NCBI GenBank assembly: GCA_964016885.1
Contig: OZ024743.1
Location: 206,212,001-206,276,000, forward strand
DNA from: Eledone cirrhosa
Taxonomy: Eukaryota
DNA: 64,000 nucleotides
Direction: 5' to 3'
The notes beneath the pieces are model-generated. The model searched no databases. It was not told where the DNA came from and worked only from the letters and a program-made list of their open reading frames with translations. The translations under genes and the position numbers were made by a program. Positions 1-10,900 of the stretch are shown one piece after another (the stretch's first letter is position 1; every line of letters starts with the position of its first letter).

Positions 1-1122
1 ACAAATTATCTCCCCCTGATTTTTTTTTTACCAATTATCTCCACCTGATTTTTTTAAAAATTATTTCCCCTTGGACGGCTGGAAATTATCTCCCCTTGGA
101 CGGCTGGAAATTATCTCCCCTTGGACGGCTAGAAATTACCTCTCCTTGGACGGCTGAAAATTATCTCCCCTTGGACGGCTGGAAATTATCTCCCCTTGAT
201 TTTTTTTACAAATTATCTCCCCCTGATTTTTTTTTACAAATTATCTCCCCCTGATTTTTTTTTACAAATTATCTCCCCCTGATTTTTTTTTACAAATTAT
301 CTCCTGATTTTTTTTACAAATTATCTCCCCTTGGCTGGCTGGAAATTATCTCCCCTTGGAGGCTGGAAATTATCTCCCCTTGGACGGCTAGAAATTACCT
401 CTCCTTGGACGGCTGGAAATTATCTGCCCTTGGACGGCTGGAAATTATCTCCCCTTGGACGGCTGGAAATTATTTCCCCTTGATTTTTTTTACAAATTAT
501 CTCCCCCTGATTTTTTTTTACAAATCTCCCCCTAATTTTAAAAAAAATTATCTCCCCTTCGCTGGCTGGAAATTATCTTCCTTTGGACGGTTGGAAATTA
601 TAGCCGCTTGTAGGGCTGGAAATTATCTCCCCTTGGACGGCTGGGAATTATCTCCCCTTGATTTTTTTACTAATTATCTCACCCTGATTTTTTTTTACAA
701 ATTATCTCCGCCTCATTTTTTAAAAAAAATTATCTCCCCTTGGCTGGATGGAAATTATCTCCCCTTGGACGGCTGGAAATTATCTCCCATTGATTTCTTC
801 TACAAATTATCTACACCTGATTTTTTTTTTACAAATTATCTCTCCCTGATTTTTTTTTACAAATATCTCCCCTTGGCTGGCTGGAAATTATCTCCCGTTG
901 GCTGGCTGGAAATTATCTCCCCTTGGACGGCTGGAAATTATCTCCCATTGATTTTTTTTACAAATTATCTCCCCTTGGCTGGCTGGAAATTATCTCCCCT
1001 TGGCTGGCTGGAAATTATCTCCCCCTGATATTTTTTTACAAATTAGCTCCCCCTGATTTTTTTTTACAAATTATCTCCCCCTGATTTTTTTTTTTACAAA
1101 TTATCTCCGCCTGATTTTTTTA

Positions 1123-1422
1123 AAATTATCTCCCCTCTGCTGGATGGAAATTATCTCCCCTTGGACGGCTGGAAATTATCTCCCCTTGGAAGGATGGAAA
1201 TTATCTCCCCTTGGACGGCTGGAAATTATCTCCCCTTGGACGGCTAGAAATTACCTCTCCTTGTACGGCTGGAAATTATCTCCCCTTGAACGGCTGGAAA
1301 TTATCTCCCCTTGGACGGCTGGAAATTATCTCCCCTTGGACGGCTGGAAATTACCTCTCCTTGGACGGCTGGAAATTATCTCCCCTTGGACGGCTGGAAA
1401 TTATCTCCCCTTGGACGGCTGG
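1123..1422 (+). repeat. Example long A-run: 12 x 25-bp monomer A (AAATTATCTCCCCTTGGACGGCTGG)
   Basis: 300 bp of consecutive 25-bp units with point variants (GGAAGGATGG, GGCTAG, GTACGG, GAACGG). The same run recurs at about 23,661, 39,658 and 52,541. Confidence 0.95.
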
Positions 1423-2380
1423 AAATTATTTCCCCTTGATTTTTTTTACAAATTATCTCCCCCTGATTTTTTTTACAAATCTCCCCCTAATTTAAAAAAA
1501 AATTATCTCCCCTTCGCTGGCTGGAAATTATCTCCCTTTGGACGGCTTGAAATTATAGCTGCTTGTAGGGCTGGAAATTATCTCCCCTTGGACGGCTGGA
1601 AATTACCTTTCCTTCGACGGCTGAAAATTATCTCCCCTTGGACGGCTGGAAATTATCTCCCCCTGATTTTTTTTTACAAATTATCTCCGCCTGATTTTTT
1701 TTTAAAAATTATCTCCCCTTGGCTGGATGGAAATTTTCTCCCCTTGGACGGCTGGAAATTATCTCCCCTTTATGTTTTCTACAAATTATCTACCCCTGAT
1801 TTTTTTTTTACGAATTATCTCTCCCTGATTTTTTTTACAAATATCTCCCCTTGGCTGGCTGGAAATTATCTCCCCTTGGCTGGCTGGAAATTATCTCCCC
1901 TTGGACGGCTGGAAATTATCTCCCCTTGGACGCCTAGAAATCACCTCTACTTGGACAGCTGTAAATTATCTCCCCTTGGACGGCTGGAAATTATCTCGCC
2001 TTGGACGGCTGGAAATTATCTCCCCTTGATTTTGTATACAAATTATCTCACCCTGATTTTTTTTTACAAATTATCTGCCCCTGATTATTTTTTTACAAAT
2101 TAGCTCCGCCTGATTTTTTTTAAAAATTATCTCCCCTTGGACGGCTGGAAATTATCTCCCCTTGGACGGCTGGAAATTATCTCCCCTTGAACGGCTAGAA
2201 ATTACCTCTCCTTGGACGGCTGAAAATTATCTCCCCTTGGACGGCTGGAAATTATCTCCCCTTGATTTTTTTACAAATTATCTCCCCCTGATTTTTTTTT
2301 TACAAATTATCTTCGCCTGATTTTTTTTTAAAATTATCTCCCCTTGGACGGCTGGAAATTATCTCCCCTTGGACGGCTGG

Positions 2381-2598
2381 AAATTATCTCCCCTTGATTT
2401 TTTTTTCCAAATTATCTCCCCCTGATTTTTTTTTTACAAATTATCTACCCCTGATTTTTTTTTCAAATTATCTCCCCCTGATTTTTTTTACAAATTATCT
2501 CCCCCTGATTTTTTTTTACAAATTATCTCCCCCCGATTTTTTTACAAATTATCTCCCCCTGATTTTTTTTACAAATTATCTCCGCCTGATTTTTTTTA
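2381..2598 (+). repeat. Example long B-run: 8 x monomer B (AAATTATCTCCCCCTGA-Tn-AC)
   Basis: Eight consecutive T-tract units. The first has CCCCTTGA and the last has CCGCCTGA-Tn-AA. Related runs lie at about 8,342, 14,153, 19,209, 27,316, 33,153, 46,036, 56,042, 59,122 and 63,148. Confidence 0.93.
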
Positions 2599-5500
2599 AT
2601 ATTATCTTCCCTTGGCTGGCGGGAAATTATCTCCCCTTGGACGGCTGGAAATTATCTCCCCTTGGAAGGATGGAAATTATCTCCCCTTGGACGGCTGGAA
2701 ATTATCTCCCCTTGCACTGCTGGAAATTATCTCCCCTTGGACGGCTGGAATATATCTGCCCTTGATTTTGTTTTTACAAATTATCTTCCCCTGATTTTTT
2801 TATAAATTATCTCCACCTGATTTTTTAAAAAATTATCTCCCCTTGGACGGCTGGAAATTATCTCCCCTTGGCTGGAAATTATCTCCCCTTGGACGGCTAG
2901 AAATTATCTCTCTTTGGACGGCTGGAAATTATCTCCCCTTGGACGCTGGAAATTATAGCCCCTTGGAGGGCTGGAAGTTATCTTCCCTTGGAGGGCTGGA
3001 AATTATCTTCCCTTGGACGGCTAGAAATTACCTCTCCTTGGACGGCTGAAAATTATCTCCCCTTGGACGGCTGGAAATTATCTCCCCTTGATTTTTTTTA
3101 CAAATTATCTCCCCCTGATTATTTTTTACAAATTATCTCCCCCTGATTTTTTTTTACAAATTATCTCCCCTTGGACGGCTGGAAATTATCTCCCCTTGGA
3201 CGGCTGGAAATTATCTCCCCTTGGACGGCTAGAAATTACCTCTCCTTGGACGGCTGAAAATTATCTCTCCTTGGACGGCTGGAAATTATCTCCCATTTAT
3301 GTCTTCTACAAATTATCTACCCCTGATTTTTTTTTACAAATTATCTCTCCCTGATTTTTTTTACAAATATCTCCCCTTGATTGGCTGGAAATTATCTCCC
3401 CTTGGCTGGCTGGAAATTATCTCCCCTTGGACGGCTGGAAATTATCTCCCCTTGGACGCCTAGAAATTACCTCTCCTTGGACAGCTGTAAATTATCTCCC
3501 CTTGGACGCCTGGAAATTATCTCGCCTTGGACGGCTGGAAATTATATCCCCTTGATTTTGTATACAAATTATCTCCCCCTGATTTTTTTTACAAATTATC
3601 TGCCCCTGATTATTTTTTTACAAATTAGCTCCGCCTGATTTTTTTTAAAAATTATCTCCCCTTGGACGGCTGGAAATTATCTCCCCTTGGACGGCTGGAA
3701 ATTATCTCCCCTTGAACGGCTAGAAATTACCTCTCCTTGGACGGCTGAAAATTATCTCTCCTTGGACGGCTGGAAATTATCTCCCCTTGATTTTTTTACA
3801 AATTATCTCCCCCTGATTTTTTTTTACAAATTATCTACCCCTGATTTTTTTTTCCAAATTATCTCCCCCTGATTTTTTTTTTACAAATTATCTCCCCCTG
3901 ATTTTTTTTACAAATTATCTCCCCCTGATTTTTTTACAAATTATCTCCCCTTGGCTGGCTGGAAATTATCTCCCCTTGGAGGCTGGAATTTATCTCCCCT
4001 TGGACGGCTGGAAATTATCTCCCCTTAGACGGCTAGAAATTACCTCTCCTTGGACGGCTGGAAATTATCTCCCCTTGAACGGCTGGAAATTATCTCCCCT
4101 TGGACGGCTGGAAATTATCTCCCCTTGGACGGCTGGAAATTACCTCTCCTTGGACGGCTGGAAATTATCTCCCCTTGGACGGATGGAAATTATCTCCCCT
4201 TGGACGGCTGGAAATTATTTCCCCTTGATTTTTTTTACAAATTATCTCCCCCTGATTTTTTTTACAAATATCCCCCTAATTTAAAAAAAAATTATCTCCC
4301 CTTCGCTGGCTGGAAATTATCTCCCTTTGGACGGCTGGAAATTATAGCTGCTTGTAGGGCTGGAAATTATCTCCCCTTGGACGGCTGGAAATTATCTCCC
4401 CTTCATTTTTTTACTAATTATCTCCCCCTGATTTTTTTTTACAAATTATCTCCGCCTGATTTTTTAAAAAAAATTATCTCCCCTTGGCTGGATGGAAATT
4501 TTCTCCCCTTGGACGGCTGGAAATTATGTCCCCTTTATGTCTTCTACAAATTATCTACCCCTGATTTTTTTTTTACAAATTATCTCTCCCTGATTTTTTT
4601 TACAAATATCTACCCTTGGCTGGCTGGAAATTATCTCCCCTTGGACGGCTGGAAATTATCTCCCCTTGGACGCCTAGAAATTACCTCTCCTTGGACAGCT
4701 GTAAATTATCTCCCCTTGGACGGCTGGAAATTATCTCGCCTTGGACGGCTGGAAATTATCTCCCCTTGATTTTGTATACAAATTATCTCCCCCTGATTTT
4801 TTTTTACAAATTATCTGCCCCTGATTATTTATTTTACAAATTAGCTCCGCCTGATTTTTTTTTTAAATTATCTCCCCTTGGACGGCTGGAAATTATCTCC
4901 CCTTGGACGGCTGGAAATTACCTCCCCTTAATTTTTTTACAAATTATCTCCCCCAGATTTTTTTTTTACAAATTATCTCCCCCTGATTTTTTTTACAAAT
5001 TATCTCCCCCTGTTTTTTTTTACAAATTATTTCACCCTGATTTTTTTACAAATTATCTCCTCCTGATTTTTTTTACAAATTATCTCCGCCTGATTTTTTT
5101 AAATATGATCTTCCCTTGGCTGGCGGAAAATCATCTCCCCTTGGACGCCTGGAAATTATCTCCCCTTGGAAGGATGGAAATTATCTCCCCTTGGACGGCT
5201 GGAAATTATCTCCCCTTGCACTGCTGGAAATTATCTCCCCTTGGACGGCTGGAAATTATATGCCCTTGATTTTGATTTTACAAATTATCTTCCCCTGATT
5301 TTTTTAGCAAATTATTTCCACCTGATTTTTTAAAAAATTATCTCCCCTTGGACGGCTGGAAATTATCTCCCCTTGGCTGGAAATTATCTCCCCTTGGACG
5401 ATTAGAAATTATCTCTCTTTGGACGGCTGGAAATTATCTCCCCTTGATTTTTTTTACAAATTATCACCCCCTGATTTTTTTTACAAATCTCCCAGTGATT

Positions 5501-6884
5501 TTTTTAAAAAAATTATCTCCCCTTCGCTGGCTGGAAATTATCTCCCCTTGGACGCTGGAAATTATAGCCCCTTGGAGGGCTGGAAGTTATCTTCCCTTGG
5601 AGGGCTGGAAATTATCTTCCCTTGGACGGCTGGAAATTATCTCCCCTTGATTTTTTTTACAAATTATCTCCCCCTGATTTTTTTTTACAAATTATCTCCC
5701 CCTGATTTTTTTTTTACCAATTATCTCCTACTGATTTTTTTAAAAATTATTTCCCCTTGGACGGCTGGAAATTATCTCCCCTTGGACGGCTGGAAATTAT
5801 CTCCCCTTGGACGGCTAGAAATTACCTCTCCTTGGACGGCTGAAAATTATCTCCCCTTGGACGGCTGGAAATTATCTCCCCTTGATTTTTTTTACAAATT
5901 ATCTCCCCCTGATTTTTTTTTACAAATTATCTCCCCCTGATTTTTTTTTACAAATTATCTCCCACTGATTTTTTTTTACAAATTATCTCCTGATTTTTTT
6001 TACAAATTATCTCCCCTTGGCTGGCTGGAAATTATCTCCCCTTGGAGGCTGGAAATTATCTCCCCTTGGACGGCTAGAAATTACCTCTCCTTGGACGGCT
6101 GGAAATTATCTGCCCTTGGACGGCTGGAAATTATCTCTCCTTGGACGGCTGGAAATTATCTGCCCTTGGACGGCTGGAAATTATCTCCCCTTGGACGGCT
6201 GGAAATTATTTCCCCTTGATTTTTTTTACAAATTATCTCCACCTGATTTTTTTTTACAAATCTCCCCCTAATTTTAAAAAAAATTATCTCCCCTTCGCTG
6301 GCTGGAAATTATCTTCCTTTGGACGGTTGGAAATTATAGCCGCTTGTAGGGCTGGAAATTATCTCCCCTTGGACGGCTGGGAATTATCTCCCCTTGATTT
6401 TTTTACTAATTATCTCACCCTGATTTTTTTTACAAATTATCTCCGCCTCATTTTTTAAAAAAAATTATCTCCCCTTGGCTGGATGGAAATTATCTCCCCT
6501 TGGACGGCTGGAAATTATCTCCCATTGATTTCTTCTACAAATTATCTACACCTGATTTTTTTTTTACAAATTATCTCTCCCTGATTTTTTTTTACAAATA
6601 TCTCCCCTTGGCTGGCTGGAAATTATCTCCCGTTGGCTGGCTGGAAATTATCTCCCCTTGGACGGCTGGAAATTATCTCCCATTGATTTTTTTTACAAAT
6701 TATCTCCCCTTGGCTGGCTGGAAATTATCTCCCCTTGGCTGGCTGGAAATTATCTCCCCCTGATATTTTTTTACAAATTAGCTCCCCCTGATTTTTTTTT
6801 ACAAATTATCTCCCCCTGATTTTTTTTTTTACAAATTATCTCCGCCTGATTTTTTTAAAATTATCTCCCCTTGGCTGGATGGAA

Positions 6885-7960
6885 ATTATCTCCCCTTGGA
6901 CGGCTGGAAATTATCTCCCCTTGGAAGGATGGAAATTATCTCCCCTTGGACGGCTGGAAATTATCTCCCCTTGCACGGCTGGAAATTATCTCCCCTTGGA
7001 CGGCTAGAAATTACCTCTCCTTGGACGGCTGAAAATTATCTCCCCTTGGACGGCTGGAAATTATCTCCCCCTGATTTTTTTTACAAATTATCTCCCCTTG
7101 CACGGCTGGAAATTATCTCCCCTTGGACGGCTGGAAATTATCTGCCCTTGATTTTGTTTTTACAAATTATCTCCCCATGATTTTTTTTACAAATTATCTC
7201 CACCTGATATTTAAAAAAATTATCTCCCCTTGGACGGCTGGAAATTATCTCCCCTTGGCTGGAAATTATCTCCCCTTGGACGATTAGAAATTATCTCTCT
7301 TTGGACGGCTGGAAATTATCTCCCCTTGATTTTTTTTACAAATTATCTCCCCCTGATTTTTTTTACAAATCTCCCAGTGATTTTTTAAAAAAAATTATCT
7401 CCCCTTCGCTGGCTGGAAATTACCTCCCCTTGGACGCTGGAAATTATAGCCCCTTGGAGGGCTGGAAATTATCTTCCCTTGGACGGCTGGAAATTATCTC
7501 CCCTTGATTTTTTTTACATATTATCACCCCTGCTTTTTTTTTACAAATTATCTCCCCCTGATTTTTTTTACAAATTATCTCCCCCTGATTTTTTTACAAA
7601 TTATCTCCCCTTGGCTGGGTGGAAATTATCTCCCCTTGGAGGCTGGAATTTATCTCCGCTTGGACGGCTGGAAATTATCTCCCCTTGGACGGCTAGAAAT
7701 TATCTCCCCTTGAACGGCTGGAAATTATCTCCCCTTGGACGGCTGGAAATTATCTCCCCTTGGAAGGATGGAAATTATCTCCCCTTGGACGGCTGGAAAT
7801 TATCTCCCCTTGCACGGCTGGAAATTATCTTCCCTTGGACGGCTAGAAATTACCTCTCCTTGGACGGCTGAAAATTATCTCCCCTTGGACGGCTGGAAAT
7901 TATCTCCCCCTGATTTTTTTTACAAATTATCTCCCCTTGCACGGCTGGAAATTATCTCGC
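6885..7960 (+). repeat. Internal ~0.22-kb sub-block repeated at 839-bp spacing
   Basis: ORF pairs 6896/7735, 12781/13620, 25897/26736, 31781/32620, 41787/42626, 44664/45503 and 54670/55509 all differ by 839. Each carries the GGAAGGATGG / GCACGG / GGCTAG / GGCTGAAAA series. Confidence 0.85.
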
Positions 7961-10900
7961 CTTGGACGGCTGGAAATTATCTCCCCTTGATTTTGTATAC
8001 AAATTATCTCCCCCTGATTTTTTTTTACAAATTATCTGCCCCTGATTATTTTTTTACAAATTAGCTCCGCCTGATTTTTTTTTAAAATTATCTCCCCTTG
8101 GACGGCTGGAAATTATCTCCCCTTGGACGGCTGGAAATTATCTCCCCTTGAACGGCTAGAAATTACCTCTCCTTGGACGGCTGAAAATTATCTCCCCTTG
8201 GACGGCTGGAAATTATCTCCCCTTGATTTTTTTACAAATTATCTCCACCTGATTTTTTTTTTACAAATTATCTCCGCCTGATTTTTTTTAAAAATTATCT
8301 CCCCTTGGACGGCTGGAAATTATCTCCCCTTGGACGGCTGGAAATTATCTCCCCTTGATTTTTTTTTCCAAATTATCTCCCCCTGATTTTTTTTTTACAA
8401 ATTATCTACCCCTGATTTTTTTTTCAAATTATCTCCCCCTGATTTTTTTTACAAATTATCTCCCCCTGATTTTTTTTTACAAATTATCTCCCCCCGATTT
8501 TTTTACAAATTATCTCCCCCTGATTTTTTTTACAAATTATCTCCGCCTGATTTTTTTAAATATTATCTTCCCTTGGCTGGCGGGAAATTATCTCCCCTTG
8601 GACGGCTGGAAATTATCTCCCCTTGGAAGGATGGAAATTATCTCCCCTTGGACGGCTGGAAATTATCTCCCCTTGCACTGCTGGAAATTATCTCCCCTTG
8701 GACGGCTGGAAATTATCTGCCCTTGATTTTGTTTTTACAAATTATCTTCCCCTGATTTTTTTACAAATTATCTCCACCTGATTTTTTAAAAAATTATCTC
8801 CCCTTGGACGGCTGGAAATTATCTCCCCTTGGCTGGAAATTATCTCCCCTTGGACGGCTAGAAATTATCTCTCTTTGGACGGCTGGAAATTATCTCCCCT
8901 TGGACGCTGGAAATTATAGCCCCTTGGAGGGCTGGAAGTTATCTTCCCTTGGAGGGCTGGAAATTATCTTCCCTTGGACGGCTAGAAATTACCTCTCCTT
9001 GGACGGCTGAAAATTATCTCCCCTTGGACGGCTGGAAATTATCTCCCCTTGATTTTTTTTACAAATTATCTCCCCCTGATTATTTTTTACAAATTATCTC
9101 CCCCTGATTTTTTTTTTACAAATTATCTCCCCTTGGACGGCTGGAAATTATCTCCCCTTGGACGGCTGGAAATTATCTCCCCTTGGACGGCTAGAAATTA
9201 CCTCTCCTTGGACGGCTGAAAATTATCTCTCCTTGGACGGCTGGAAATTATCTCCCCTTTATGTCTTCTACAAATTATCTACCCCTGATTTTTTTTTACA
9301 AATTATCTCTGCCTGATTTTTTTTACAAATATCTCCCCTTGATTGGCTGGAAATTATCTCCCCTTGGCTGGCTGGAAATTATCTCCCCTTGGACGGCTGG
9401 AAATTATCTCCCCTTGGACGCCTAGAAATTACCTCTCCTTGGACAGCTGTAAATTATCTCCCCTTGGACGGCTGGAAATTATCTCGCCTTGGACGGCTGG
9501 AAATTATCTCCCCTTGATTTTGTATACAAATTATCTCCCCCTGATTTTTTTTTACAAATTATCTGCCCCTGATTATTTTTTTACAAATTAGCTCCGCCTG
9601 ATTTTTTTTAAAAATTATCTCCCCTTGGACGGCTGGAAATTATCTCCCCTTGGACGGCTGGAAATTATCTCCCCTTGAACGGCTAGAAATTACCTCTCCT
9701 TGGACGGCTGAAAATTATCTCTCCTTGGACGGCTGGAAATTATCTCCCCTTGATTTTTTTACAAATTATCTCCCCCTGATTTTTTTTTACAAATTATCTA
9801 CCCCTGATTTTTTTTTCCAAATTATCTCCCCCTGATTTTTTTTTTACAAATTATCTCCCCCTGATTTTTTTTTACAAATTATCTCCCCCTGATTTTTTTA
9901 CAAATTATCTCCCCTTGGCTGGCTGGAAATTATCTCCCCTTGGAGGCTGGAATTTATCTCCCCTTGGACGGCTGGAAATTATCTCCCCTTGGACGGCTAG
10001 AAATTACCTCTCCTTGGACGGCTGGAAATTATCTCCCCTTGAACGGCTGGAAATTATCTCCCCTTGGACGGCTGGAAATTATCTCCCCTTGGACGGCTGG
10101 AAATTACCTCTCCTTGGACGGCTGGAAATTATCTCCCCTTGGACGGCTGGAAATTATCTCCCCTTGGACGGCTGGAAATTATTTCCCCTTGATTTTTTTT
10201 ACAAATATCCCCCTAATTTAAAAAAAAATTATCTCCCCTTCGCTGGCTGGAAATTATCTCCCTTTGGACGGCTGGAAATTATAGCTGCTTGTAGGGCTGG
10301 AAATTATCTCCCCTTGGACGGCTGGAAATTATCTCCCCTTCATTTTTTTACTAATTATCTCCCCCTGATTTTTTTTTACAAATTATCTCCGCCTGATTTT
10401 TTAAAAAAATTATCTCCCGTTGTCTGGATGGAAATTTTCTCCCCTTGGACGGCTGGAAATTATCTCCCCTTTATGTCTTCTACAAATTATCTACCCCTGA
10501 TTTTTTTTTTACAAATTATCTCTCCCTGATTTTTTTTACAAATATCTCCCCTTGGCTGGCTGGAAATTATCTCCCCTTGGACGGCAGGAAATTATCTCCC
10601 CTTGGACGCCTAGAAATTACCTCTCCTTGGACAGCTGTAAATTATCTCCCCTTGGACGGCTGGAAATTATCTCGCCTTGGACGGCTGGAAATTATCTCCC
10701 CTTGATTTTGTATACAAATTATCTCCCCCTGATTTTTTTTACAAATTATCTGCCCCTGATTATTTATTTTACAAATTAGCTCCGCCTGATTTTTTTTAAA
10801 AATTATCTCCCCTTGGACGGCTGGAAATTATCTCCCCTTGGACGGCTGGAAATTATCTCCCCTTGATTTTTTTACAAATTATCTCCCCCTGATTTTTTTT

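Noticed and set aside
465-480. Canonical NF-kB site in GGAAATTATCTCCCC
   Set aside because: Half-site spacing does not fit the 10-11 bp GGGRNWYYCC consensus on either strand. I kept only the dyad and the TGGAAA half-site as an observation.
2381-2598. Rho-independent or Pol III terminators, or retroposon poly(A) tails, at the T-tracts
   Set aside because: No GC hairpin precedes the T-tracts, and there is no upstream gene, A/B box or target-site duplication. The tracts are an integral part of monomer B.
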